The translations under genes were made by a program, and so were the position numbers. The notes beneath the pieces were generated by a model. The model did not search any database. It saw nothing but the letters and a program-made list of their open reading frames with translations, and was not told the origin of the DNA. Shown in pieces: positions 19,806-29,001 of a stretch of 64,000 bases of DNA. Numbering within the stretch: position 1 is the stretch's first letter; each line of letters begins with the position of its first letter. Source of the stretch: Ferrovibrio sp. (GTDB lineage Bacteria; Pseudomonadota; Alphaproteobacteria; Ferrovibrionales; Ferrovibrionaceae); the NCBI GenBank assembly GCA_046294345.1, contig JBKBJT010000015.1, positions 2,739-66,738 on the forward strand, given 5' to 3'.

Positions 19806-20261
19806 TCAATCCTTGCCCTCGTCATGGCTGAACAGGATGGCCTTGGCGCGGATGTCGTCGATGCTGCCCATCAGATCGTCGATCTTGGCCTCCAGCAGAT
19901 CGGCGGCCTGGCGTGCGAGGCCGAGTTCTTCCTCCACCGCCTGCAGCATGGCCTGCCGCGCCGCGCCGATGATGGCGCCATTGGGCTGGGCCGGGAAGCT
20001 GACGCATTTGGCGACGAAGCGCCGCACGGCCGAAGCGCTCGGCAGGCGACCCAGCACCAGCTTCGCCGGCACGGCCAGCACCAGCCAGGCGCCATCCTCC
20101 TGCGGCAGGGCGGCGAAATCGCCCTTGCGGAAACCGGCGCACGGCGCGCTGCCCTCTTCCTGTCCCGGCAGGTCGAGCATGGCGACCTCCCAGCCGAAAG
20201 CGAGGAATTCCTGCTCGCCGGCCGACGACCGTTCCAGAGCCGTGGCGTCCTGCTGCTCCAT
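19806..20261 (-). CDS. hypothetical protein with C-terminal coiled coil
   Basis: ATG overlaps AKR stop (TAATG), purine-rich RBS, ends 3 nt before next start; no recognised motif. Confidence 0.6.
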   Translation of the reverse strand: MEQQDATALERSSAGEQEFLAFGWEVAMLDLPGQEEGSAPCAGFRKGDFAALPQEDGAWLVLAVPAKLVLGRLPSASAVRRFVAKCVSFPAQPNGAIIGAARQAMLQAVEEELGLARQAADLLEAKIDDLMGSIDDIRAKAILFSHDEGKD

Positions 20262-21046
20262 TATGCCTCTCCCTCTCTTCCCGCCCGCAATGCCATGGCA
20301 TTGGCGCGCAGGTTGGCCGGCGACAGGGTGCCGACCACGATGGACGATACGCCGGCAATCGCCGCCGCCATCCGCAGGGCCAGCGCCGGGTCGGCGGCAT
20401 GGCCGCTGGCCAGCGCCTTCTTGATCAGCACGCCCTTGCCGGCGGCGGCAGCCTCCGCGATCACCGGCAGGTCGCCAGTATAGCCGGGATTATAGGTCAG
20501 CATCATCACATCGGCGCAATCCAGCATGCGCCGGGCGCCATCGGGCGTCTTGCCGGAGAACCCGCTGGCGCGGATCAGGCCGCGCCGCTTCAGGCCATCC
20601 AGCGCCTCGGCCGCCGGCAGGAAACGGTCGCCAGCCTCGTCGACGCCATCGGAATGCAGCAGCACGACATCGAGGTAATCCGTGCGCAGGCGGCGCAGGC
20701 TGGTTTCAACCGAGGCGATTATTGCGGGCGCGGAGAAATCGAAGCGCGACCGGCCGTCCTCGAACCACTCGCCGGCCTTGGTGGCGATCACCCAGTCGGC
20801 GCGGCCAGTTCCAACCTGCGGGAGCAGCTGCCCCAGCCGCTCCTCGCTGCGGCCATAGGCCGGCGCGGTATCGATCAGCGTGATGCCGAGTGCACGTGCC
20901 TGTTCCAGCAGGGCGATCACGCTGGCGTCATCGGGCAGGTCGAAACCGCGCGGATATTTCACGCCTTCGTTACGCCCGATCTTCACCGTGCCCAGCCCCA
21001 GCAGGCTGACCATGATACCGGTCGATCCCAGCGGCCTCATGTCCAT
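20261..21046 (-). CDS. aldo/keto reductase
   Basis: LGLGTVKIGRNEGVKYP, IDTAPAYG.SEERLG, IATKAGE, SLRRLRTDYLDVVLLHS, KKALASGH. Confidence 0.88.
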   Translation of the reverse strand: MDMRPLGSTGIMVSLLGLGTVKIGRNEGVKYPRGFDLPDDASVIALLEQARALGITLIDTAPAYGRSEERLGQLLPQVGTGRADWVIATKAGEWFEDGRSRFDFSAPAIIASVETSLRRLRTDYLDVVLLHSDGVDEAGDRFLPAAEALDGLKRRGLIRASGFSGKTPDGARRMLDCADVMMLTYNPGYTGDLPVIAEAAAAGKGVLIKKALASGHAADPALALRMAAAIAGVSSIVVGTLSPANLRANAMALRAGREGEA

Positions 21047-22215
21047 GCCGTGGCCTCCCAGGGTGCGGGGGCAATGTCTGGCGCCGACCAATGCGAAAGA
21101 TCGGTTTGCGCACCTGAAGGCGGCGGCAACTCGGCCAGCACCTGGTCGGCCAGCTGCGGCGCCAGCGCCAGTTTGGTCGGCCAGGCCAGCCAGCAATTCG
21201 GCGCCGCACGACGTAACACGGGACCGTCGGGCTTTGCGCCATCGGCCGTGGCACCTTCGGCGCGCTCGACATACAGCGTGGCATAGCGGCTACCGGAAAA
21301 ATCGAGCGACGGCAGCAGGGTTGTGAATTCAGCCTTTGCCGCCGCAATCAGTTCCTCAGGTCTCTGCGACGCGCCGACCTCGGCCAGCTGTCCGCCGACA
21401 TACCAGACCAGGCTGCCATCCGAGCGTTTATGCGTGGTGACGGTGACGCGCGGTTTGTCGCTGGCATCGAAGCAATGTGCCCAGAGCGGGCCCGGGGCAT
21501 TGTCGAGCAGCAGCATCCGCAACGGCCGGCGCTGCGCCGCCGATGCCGGCAGGCCGAACTGCGCCAGCAGGCTTTCGTTGCCAGCCCCGGCGGTGGAGAC
21601 GAATGCGCACGCGCGTAGCCGGCGCGGCTGGGCGAAGGCATCGTGGCAGTCGATCACCACGCCATCCGCATCCGGCATCACGCGCACGTCGCCGCGAATC
21701 CGTTTGATCGATGCCTGCCGCGGCCGCACCAGCGCCTGCAGCAATGCCGGCACATCCAGCACACATTCATCCAGGGCATAGACGGCGGCGACATGCTCGG
21801 GGTCGCGCAGCACGGCGGGCCATTGCCCGGGCGCCAGCGCATCGACACGGCCGCGCACCAGCTTGCTGCCGAAGAAGCCGGCGATGCGGCTGGCCAGCGT
21901 CTTGCGCGCCCAGAACAGGTGCCGTTCGGCGGCCAGCGGCACGCCGCGCAGATCCACCTCGCCCGTACCGGCCAGGCAGGCGCGCCACCGCGCGGGCATG
22001 TCGGCCAGCGCGTCGCTGGCGGTATTCAGCTTGAGATCGAGTGCGTATTTCAGGCCGCCATGGATGATGCCCTGCGAGGCCAGCGTCTGCCCGGCGCCCA
22101 GCGCATCGTTTTCCAGCAGCAGCGTGCTGTAGCCGGCGGCCTGCAGACGCGCCAGCAGCCAGAGGCCGGCAATGCCGCCGCCGAGGATCGCGACGTCGAC
22201 ATCCCGCGTCGCCAT
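21037..22215 (-). CDS. FAD-dependent oxidoreductase (DAO-like)
   Basis: DVAILGGGIAGLW, GQTLASQGIIHGGLKYAL, GAGNE, QRRPL, C-terminal WPTKLALAP. Confidence 0.85.
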   Translation of the reverse strand: MATRDVDVAILGGGIAGLWLLARLQAAGYSTLLLENDALGAGQTLASQGIIHGGLKYALDLKLNTASDALADMPARWRACLAGTGEVDLRGVPLAAERHLFWARKTLASRIAGFFGSKLVRGRVDALAPGQWPAVLRDPEHVAAVYALDECVLDVPALLQALVRPRQASIKRIRGDVRVMPDADGVVIDCHDAFAQPRRLRACAFVSTAGAGNESLLAQFGLPASAAQRRPLRMLLLDNAPGPLWAHCFDASDKPRVTVTTHKRSDGSLVWYVGGQLAEVGASQRPEELIAAAKAEFTTLLPSLDFSGSRYATLYVERAEGATADGAKPDGPVLRRAAPNCWLAWPTKLALAPQLADQVLAELPPPSGAQTDLSHWSAPDIAPAPWEATAWT

Positions 22216-22223
22216 GCCTTTGC

Positions 22224-23678
22224 TCAGGACCGCAGTTTCTGGATGGTGGCCGTGGTGCTGTGGCCGGCAACCAGTCGCGACACCCGCACCTCGCCGCCAT
22301 AGGCCTGCACGATATCGGCGCCGACCACCTGGTCGATACCGTAATCGCCGCCTTTGATCAGCAGATCGGGCTTGAGCATTTCCAGCAGCGGGATCGGCGT
22401 ATCTTCCGGGAAGACGATCACCAGATCGACCAGCCCCAGCGCCGCCAGCAGGCGGGCGCGATGTTTTTCATCCTGCACCGGGCGCGTCTCGCCCTTCAGC
22501 TTCCTCACCGAAGAATCCGCGTTGATCGCCACGATCAGGCGGTCGCAGCCCGCACGCGCCTCGGACAGCAGAGCGAGATGCCCGGCATGCAGCAGGTCGA
22601 AGCAGCCATTGGTGAAGCCGATGCGTTCGCCGCGCAGGCGCCAGGCATCGACACGCTCCTTTGCCTGCTGGCGCGACACCACCTTGGCATCGATGCCATG
22701 GGGATCGGGCATGTGCAGGGCCTGGCGCAGTTCGTCGGGATGCACCACCGCCGTGCCCACCTTGGCCACCACGATTCCGGCCGCGATATTGGCCAGGCGT
22801 GCGGCCAGCGACAGCGGACGCTTCATCGCCAATGCCGCGGCGATCACGGCCACCACCGTGTCTCCGGCGCCAGAGACATCGAACACCTCGCGCGCCTCGG
22901 CAGCCAGATGCAGCGGGGCATCGCCCCCCTGCACCAGCGTCATGCCGGCCGCGCCGCGCGTGACCAGCACATTGGCGATGCCGGCGGTCTCCACCAGCTT
23001 GCGGCCGGCCTTCACCGCGCTGGCATCGTCGGCGCAGCTTTCGCCGCTGGCCAGCGCGGCCTCGGCGCGGTTCGGCGTCACCAGATAGGCGCCGCGATAG
23101 CGGGCATAATCGCTGCCCTTGGGGTCGACCAGCACCGGCTTGCCGGCAGTCTTGGCGGCGATGATCAGCGCGGTGATGACGCGGTCGGGCAACGCGCCCT
23201 TGGCGTAATCGGAGAGCACCAGTACGGCACAGTCGGCCAGCGCGTCTTTCGCCGCCTCGACCAGCGTGTCGATGGCGGCCGGCGTGCTGGCGGCGCGGTT
23301 CTCATGATCGACGCGCAGGAGCTGCTGGCGACTGCCGATGAAACGAATCTTCTCGATGGTGCGGCGGGCCTCGTCGACCACCAGGCGGGCATCGATGCCA
23401 CGTTCCAGCGTGAGCACATCGTTCAATTCGTCAGCCGCGCCGTCATCGCCGACCAGGCCGATCAGCACCACCTCGGCGCCCAGGGCCGCGATGTTGCGGG
23501 CCACATTGCCGGCACCGCCGGGCATGACGATCTCGCGCTCGGCCTGCATCACGGGGATCGGCGCCTCGGGCGAGATGCGTTCGACCCCGCCATAGACGAA
23601 GCGGTCGAGCATCACGTCGCCGACGACGAGGACGCGGGCACCGGTGAAATCGGCCGGATCGGCGGGAAAATCGGACAT
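22224..23678 (-). CDS. hldE: bifunctional D-glycero-beta-D-manno-heptose-7-phosphate kinase / heptose-1-phosphate adenylyltransferase
   Basis: VGDVMLDRF..RISPEAPIP, GGAGNVA, SDYAKG, DVSGAGDTV, FTNGCFDLLHAGH, KGGDY, GHSTT. Confidence 0.95.
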   Translation of the reverse strand: MSDFPADPADFTGARVLVVGDVMLDRFVYGGVERISPEAPIPVMQAEREIVMPGGAGNVARNIAALGAEVVLIGLVGDDGAADELNDVLTLERGIDARLVVDEARRTIEKIRFIGSRQQLLRVDHENRAASTPAAIDTLVEAAKDALADCAVLVLSDYAKGALPDRVITALIIAAKTAGKPVLVDPKGSDYARYRGAYLVTPNRAEAALASGESCADDASAVKAGRKLVETAGIANVLVTRGAAGMTLVQGGDAPLHLAAEAREVFDVSGAGDTVVAVIAAALAMKRPLSLAARLANIAAGIVVAKVGTAVVHPDELRQALHMPDPHGIDAKVVSRQQAKERVDAWRLRGERIGFTNGCFDLLHAGHLALLSEARAGCDRLIVAINADSSVRKLKGETRPVQDEKHRARLLAALGLVDLVIVFPEDTPIPLLEMLKPDLLIKGGDYGIDQVVGADIVQAYGGEVRVSRLVAGHSTTATIQKLRS

Positions 23679-23752
23679 GGCCTTCGATACACCGGCGGCG
23701 GGCCGAATTCCAGCCCTCGTCCCGCCCCCAGGCCCTGCCTGAAGGCCGGGAA

Positions 23753-24472
23753 TCAGGTCTGCAGCAGGCGCCGCTCGGCCCCTTCCAGCACCAGGGCGGT
23801 GAGCCGGCCGGTGGTATAGGCCCCGGTATCCACCCCGATGCGGTTCGGCCGCCATTCCACCTCGTGCACGATGGTATGGCCATGCACGACGACGAGGCCG
23901 TGATCGACCTCCGAATCGAGGAAAGCATCCCGGATCCAGATCATCTGCTCGCGGCTCTGGCGATCGAGCGGCAGGCCCGGCTTGATGCCGGCATGGACGA
24001 ACAGGTAGTCGCCGAACTGCGCCTGCACGGCCAGCTTTTCCATGAAATGCCAGTGATGGCGCGGCAGCGCGCCGCGCAGGCTGCGCTGGGTAAGCAGCAG
24101 CTCGTCATAGGCGGCCGGGATGCGTACCTTGTAGCTGGCCAGCGTGGCATCGCCGCCATTGGCCAGCCACAGCGAGGCGCCATAGGGCGCATCGAGGAAT
24201 TCCAGCATCATGGCTTCGTGATTGCCCAGCAGGGTCACTGTCTCGACACCGGCCAGCTTGTGACGGGCCAACCGCTCGATCACGCCATGAGAATCTGGGC
24301 CGCGGTCGACATAGTCGCCAAGATAGACCACGACGCAGCGTTCGGGCGCAGCGACCTGCAGATCGGCCTCGATCAGCGCATGCAGTCGGTCCAGCAGGTC
24401 GGCACGGCCATGGATGTCGCCGATGGCGTAGACGCGGAGCCCCGGCGGCAGCCTGGCCTCCTGCAGCAGCAT
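23753..24472 (-). CDS. Ser/Thr protein phosphatase family metallophosphoesterase (PrpA/PphA-like)
   Basis: GDIHG, GDYVDRGPDS, GNHE, FVHAG, VHGHT, DTGA. Confidence 0.9.
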   Translation of the reverse strand: MLLQEARLPPGLRVYAIGDIHGRADLLDRLHALIEADLQVAAPERCVVVYLGDYVDRGPDSHGVIERLARHKLAGVETVTLLGNHEAMMLEFLDAPYGASLWLANGGDATLASYKVRIPAAYDELLLTQRSLRGALPRHHWHFMEKLAVQAQFGDYLFVHAGIKPGLPLDRQSREQMIWIRDAFLDSEVDHGLVVVHGHTIVHEVEWRPNRIGVDTGAYTTGRLTALVLEGAERRLLQT

Positions 24473-24476
24473 GGCC

Positions 24477-25004
24477 CTATTGCGGCGAACGCTTGGCGAG
24501 GATGCGCTGCAGGGTGCGGCGATGCATCTTCAGCCGGCGCGCCGTCTCCGACACATTGCGGTCGCAAAGCTCGAACACGCGCTGGATATGTTCCCACCGC
24601 ACGCGTTCGGCCGACATCGGCTCTTCAGGCGGCGCCGGATGCGCGGCATTGCCGGCACGCAGGGCGCGGTCGACATCGTCGGCATCGGCCGGCTTGGGCA
24701 GGTAGTCGACGGCGCCGGCCTTCACGGCGGCCACGGCGGTGGCGATGTTGCCATAGCCGGTCAGCATCACCACGCGGGCATCCTGACGGACGCTGCGGAT
24801 CGCGCTGACCACATCGAGACCGTTGCCGTCACCCAGCTTGAGGTCGACCACGGCGTAGGCCGGCGGCTTGGCGCGGGCCAGCTGGATGCCGACGGCGACC
24901 GACTCGGCGGTCTGCACCTGGTAACCGCGCTTTTCCATCGCGCGCGCCAGTCGCATCCGCAGCGGTTCGTCATCATCGACGATGAGGAGGGTCATGTCGG
25001 TCAT
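24477..25004 (-). CDS. regA: RegA/PrrA/ActR family redox response regulator
   Basis: LTGYGNIATAVAAVKAGAVDYLPKPADAD; PMSAERVRWEHIQRVFELCDRNVSETARRLKMHRRTLQRILAKRSP. Confidence 0.93.
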   Translation of the reverse strand: MTDMTLLIVDDDEPLRMRLARAMEKRGYQVQTAESVAVGIQLARAKPPAYAVVDLKLGDGNGLDVVSAIRSVRQDARVVMLTGYGNIATAVAAVKAGAVDYLPKPADADDVDRALRAGNAAHPAPPEEPMSAERVRWEHIQRVFELCDRNVSETARRLKMHRRTLQRILAKRSPQ

Positions 25005-25123
25005 TGCGGCCTGAATGTACCCGAGCCCCGGCCGGGTGCAACCCCCGGAGTAGCACCGTATGCCCTTATGCAGGGCAGCCATGCATGATTGATAAGGCTG
25101 GGCGCTGTTTTGCCGCAGGTATT

Positions 25124-26455
25124 CTAAGCGGGGCGGCGGACCAGTATTTCGCGCGGCCAGATCACCGCCACCTGGGTGCCGCCGCCCGGCCGGTTGGCGA
25201 AAGTAACCCCCGCCCCGCTGCGCCGGAGCAGGTTCATGGCGATGAACACGCCAAGGCCCATGCCGCCGCTGTCGGGCCGGCTGGTCACATAAGGCTCACC
25301 CAAAGCCGACAGAATATCCACGTTCATGCCGGGGCCATCGTCGAGGATCAGCAGGCGAATCTGCTTATCGTCCCAGCCGACCTCCACCGTCACCCTGGTG
25401 CGGGCGAATTCCATCGCATTCTGCAAAAGGTTACTGAGGCCATGGATGATCTCGGGCCGGCGCGGCAGGTTGGGTGCCGTGCCTGCGCCGTTCAGCGTCA
25501 CTGCGAAATCGATATTGGCGCGCCGCCAGGGCTGGGCCGCCACCTCGATCAGGTTGGCGATACCCAGATCGGAGAAGGCTTCGGCATCGGCATTGGCCGA
25601 AGGCCGGCGCGACAGCCGCGCCAGGATGTCGCGACAGCGCTCCACCTGGCTCTGCAGCAGCGCCAGGTCTTCGGCGATGGGATTGTCGGCCGGCGTGTCG
25701 CGGCCCAGTTCCTTCACCACCACGGCGATGGTGCCCAGCGGCGAACCCAGTTCATGCGCGGCGGCGGCCGCCAGGCTGCCCAGCGCCGAGACCTGCTGCT
25801 CCTGCGCCAGCGCGAGCTGCGTCGCGGCCAGCGCATCCGACATGCGGCGGGCTTCCTCGGCCACCTGCCAGGCATAGGCCGCGATGAACAGGGTGCCGAG
25901 TACCAGCGCCATCAGATGACCCCAGCGATAGAGCGGCGGCATGGCCAGCGCCGCCGGATCGCTCCAGGGCAGCGGCAGGTGGTAGAGCGTGAGCAGCACC
26001 GCCAGCGTGAAGGCCACCAGGCCAAGCAGCACGGTGGAGCGCAGTGTGAGGATGGTGGCCGACACGGTGACCGGCACCAGGATCAGCAGCGCGAAGGGAT
26101 TGTCGATGCCGCCGGTCAGGAACAGCAGCAGGCCGAGCTGCAGCAGGTCGAAGGCCAGATAGCCGGCGGCGCCGATCTCACTCAGGCGCTTGGCGGTCGG
26201 ATAGACCACGAACAGCAGGATGTTGAGCAGGGCCGAGACACCGACGATCCCTAAGGCCGGCAGCAGCGGCAGGCGGAAATTCAGCCCGAAATGCACGAAC
26301 AGGATCGCCAGCAGCTGGCCGACGATGGCGATCCAGCGCAGCAGCACCAGGGTCTGCAGGCGCACGCGGCCGCTCATCTGGTCCATGCCGGCATCGTCGC
26401 TGGCCGGCAGCGCGCCGAACCGCCCGCGCAGGGTTTCCAGCAATGCTGCCCGCAT
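25124..26455 (-). CDS. regB: RegB/PrrB/ActS family redox sensor histidine kinase
   Basis: TLVLLRWIAIVGQ, quinone site GGIDNPF, AAAAHELGSPL H-box, redox Cys in VERCRDIL, GMGLGVFIA; ATG overlaps zwf TGA. Confidence 0.92.
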   Translation of the reverse strand: MRAALLETLRGRFGALPASDDAGMDQMSGRVRLQTLVLLRWIAIVGQLLAILFVHFGLNFRLPLLPALGIVGVSALLNILLFVVYPTAKRLSEIGAAGYLAFDLLQLGLLLFLTGGIDNPFALLILVPVTVSATILTLRSTVLLGLVAFTLAVLLTLYHLPLPWSDPAALAMPPLYRWGHLMALVLGTLFIAAYAWQVAEEARRMSDALAATQLALAQEQQVSALGSLAAAAAHELGSPLGTIAVVVKELGRDTPADNPIAEDLALLQSQVERCRDILARLSRRPSANADAEAFSDLGIANLIEVAAQPWRRANIDFAVTLNGAGTAPNLPRRPEIIHGLSNLLQNAMEFARTRVTVEVGWDDKQIRLLILDDGPGMNVDILSALGEPYVTSRPDSGGMGLGVFIAMNLLRRSGAGVTFANRPGGGTQVAVIWPREILVRRPA

Positions 26456-27930
26456 CAGCGCATGTCCTCGTGCCAGGTGCGGCCGTCGCGTTCGATCAGG
26501 CCGATGGCGGCCGAAGGCCCCCAACTGCCCGCGGTATAGGATTTCGGCGCATCGCTGCCGCCCGACCAGCCGGCCAGGATCGGCTCGATCCAGCGCCAGG
26601 CGGCCTCCACCTCGTCGCTGCGCATGAACAGCATCGGATTGCCGCGCACCACGTCCATCAGCAGGCGCTCGTAAGCATCGGGCTGGCGGCCGTGGAAGGT
26701 GTCGGCGAAACTCAGGTTCAGCGGCGCCTGGCGCAGCCGCATGCCGCCGGGCCCCGGCACCTTGGTCATCATGTGCAGCGCGATGCCCTCGTCGGGTTGC
26801 AGCCGGATCACCAGCCGGTTCGCCACCACGTCGCGGCTGGCACCGTCGAAGATCAGGTGCGGCACCGGTCGGAACTGCACGACGATTTCCGAGCGCCGCG
26901 CCGGCAGCCGTTTGCCCGTCCGCAGATAGAACGGCACGCCGGCCCAGCGCCAGTTGTCCACCTCGGCCTTCACCACCACGAAGGTTTCCGTACCGCTGGC
27001 GGCCTGTTCCACCTCATCCACATAGGCCGGCACGGCCACGCCATCCACGGCGCCCGGGCCATACTGGCCGCGCACGGTCTTTTCCATCACCGACCGCTCG
27101 TTGATCGGTCGCAGCGCCTGCAGCACTTTCAGCTTCTCGTCGCGCACGGCATCGGCGGCGAAGGCGTTCGGCGGCTCCATCGCCACCAGGCAAAGCAGTT
27201 GCAGCAGATGGTTCTGCACCATGTCGCGCAGCGCGCCGGCATGGTCGTAATAGCCGGCGCGGCCTTCAACGCCGATCTTTTCGGCCACCGTCACCTGCAC
27301 ATGGTCGACCACGCCGCGATGCCAGACCGGCTCGAACAGCGCATTGGCGAAGCGCAGCGCCATCAGGTTCTGCACCGTCTCCTTGCCCAGGTAATGGTCG
27401 ATGCGGAAGACGCGCTCCTCCGGGAAGGCAGCGGCGACGGCTTCGTTGATCGCCTGCGCCGAGGCAAGGTCGTGACCGATGGGCTTTTCCAGCACCACCC
27501 GGGCCTGCGGACGATTCAGGCCGGCCGCCGCCAGATGGCCGCAGATGCTGCCGAAGAAACGCGGCGCCATGGCGAGGTAATACACCACCACACGATCCGA
27601 GGCGCCGTCGATGGCGCGCGCCAGCGCGGCATAGTCCTCCGACGCATCGGCATCGAGGCTTAAGTAGCGGAAGCGCGCGACGAAGCGCTCCACCGCCGCA
27701 TCGTCGTAATCGGCGGAGTCGAGATGGCGGTTCAGCGCGCCGCGCGCCAGGTTGCGGAATTCCCCGTCGCTCATCGCGCCGCGCGCCACCGCGAACAGCC
27801 GCACATCGGCATTGAGCTGGCCGGCGACATCGCGATGATACAATGCCGGCATCAGCTTGCGCAGCGAGAGATCGCCGGTGGCGCCGAAAACGACGAGATC
27901 GAAGGAGAAACTGCCGCTTGGATGGGTCAT
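26455..27930 (-). CDS. zwf: glucose-6-phosphate 1-dehydrogenase
   Basis: FGATGDLSLRKL, LEKPIGHD, RIDHYLGKETVQN, RDMVQNHLLQ, WAGVPFYLRTGKR, AYERLL; start ATG 27930. Confidence 0.96.
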   Translation of the reverse strand: MTHPSGSFSFDLVVFGATGDLSLRKLMPALYHRDVAGQLNADVRLFAVARGAMSDGEFRNLARGALNRHLDSADYDDAAVERFVARFRYLSLDADASEDYAALARAIDGASDRVVVYYLAMAPRFFGSICGHLAAAGLNRPQARVVLEKPIGHDLASAQAINEAVAAAFPEERVFRIDHYLGKETVQNLMALRFANALFEPVWHRGVVDHVQVTVAEKIGVEGRAGYYDHAGALRDMVQNHLLQLLCLVAMEPPNAFAADAVRDEKLKVLQALRPINERSVMEKTVRGQYGPGAVDGVAVPAYVDEVEQAASGTETFVVVKAEVDNWRWAGVPFYLRTGKRLPARRSEIVVQFRPVPHLIFDGASRDVVANRLVIRLQPDEGIALHMMTKVPGPGGMRLRQAPLNLSFADTFHGRQPDAYERLLMDVVRGNPMLFMRSDEVEAAWRWIEPILAGWSGGSDAPKSYTAGSWGPSAAIGLIERDGRTWHEDMR

Positions 27931-27961
27931 GCCGGCAGCCTGACATGATGACGGGCCTGCA

Positions 27962-28849
27962 TCAATCCTCCAGGAAATGTGGCTCGGGCTTGTCGTGCAG
28001 AGCCTCGTAGTGCACCAGCGAGGGGTGCGGCCCCAGCGGCACCGGACGGCCGGCGCGGAAGGCCCATTCGCCGCGGTCGCAATTCCGCGCCGTGACATAG
28101 CCATTGATATAGAGCCGGCGATCCTGACCCGACACATTCGCGCCCGAACCATGCACCAGATAGGGCGACCACAGCGCCACGTCGCCGGGTTCGAGCAGCA
28201 GATCGATGGCGGCGGCCGGATCGAGCCCTGCGGCGTGCAGGGCATCGTCCTGCATGCTCTGCAACAGGATCGGTCCCTCGCCGCCCAGACCAAGGTCGCC
28301 ATGCAGATGGCTGCCAGGGATCACCTTCATCGCGCCGCTGGCTCTGGTATGCGCGTCGATGGCGATGCCGGTCTGCACATAGGATTGCGCCAGGTCGCGG
28401 AAGGCGCTGGCCGGCCGGCGAAAGCGGCTGTCCTGGTGATAGGCGAATTCCACGCGGGTGGCGCCCGGCGGCTTCCAGTGCATCTGGTTGATGATCTGCT
28501 TCAGGTCCGGCCCGATCAGGGGCGCCAGCAGGGCGGCAAAGCGCGGATCGAGCCGCACGGCATCCAGCAGCGGGTCGCGCCAGGACGGCCATTGCACCAT
28601 GCGCAGGATTTTCCCCAGCAGCGGGTCCTGCCCCAGCCGGAACAGCAGGTTGCCATGGCGGAAGCTGCGGCCGAGCCGCAGGCCCTCCTGGTACAGGTCG
28701 TCGAACCGGCCGGCGATGGCCGCCACTTCTCCCGGCCCGAACAGCCCGCGCACCACCGCATAGCCGTCGCGGGCATAGCTTTCCCGCAATGCGGGCAGAT
28801 CGGGCAGACGGGCCTGCCAGGGATAACTTGGGTCGGGAAAGCCGCTCAT
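27962..28849 (-). CDS. phytanoyl-CoA dioxygenase family (Fe/2-oxoglutarate) protein
   Basis: YARDGYAVVRGLF, HQD...H facial triad (YHQDS, LVHGSGAN), RRLYINGY. Confidence 0.82.
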   Translation of the reverse strand: MSGFPDPSYPWQARLPDLPALRESYARDGYAVVRGLFGPGEVAAIAGRFDDLYQEGLRLGRSFRHGNLLFRLGQDPLLGKILRMVQWPSWRDPLLDAVRLDPRFAALLAPLIGPDLKQIINQMHWKPPGATRVEFAYHQDSRFRRPASAFRDLAQSYVQTGIAIDAHTRASGAMKVIPGSHLHGDLGLGGEGPILLQSMQDDALHAAGLDPAAAIDLLLEPGDVALWSPYLVHGSGANVSGQDRRLYINGYVTARNCDRGEWAFRAGRPVPLGPHPSLVHYEALHDKPEPHFLED

Positions 28850-28850
28850 C

Positions 28851-28968
28851 TGGGGATAACTCCGATTCGCCCCCTATTTCAGAAGCGTTATTTTAGCCCA
28901 GCCGACCAGATTCTTGTGGATAAGGCCAGAGTCTGATTGACCGGAACCCGGATTCTCGCCTTACTGCA
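28851..28968 (+). promoter_or_regulatory. gcrA promoter region: DnaA boxes, clustered GANTC sites, TTGACC -35
   Basis: TGTGGATAA (perfect DnaA box, 28915-28923), TGGGGATAA (28851-28859), GANTC at 28864, 28909, 28929, 28951; TTGACC at 28937. Confidence 0.65.
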
Positions 28969-29001
28969 TGTAGCGTCTAAGTCCAAGAACGGGGGCTACA
29001 T

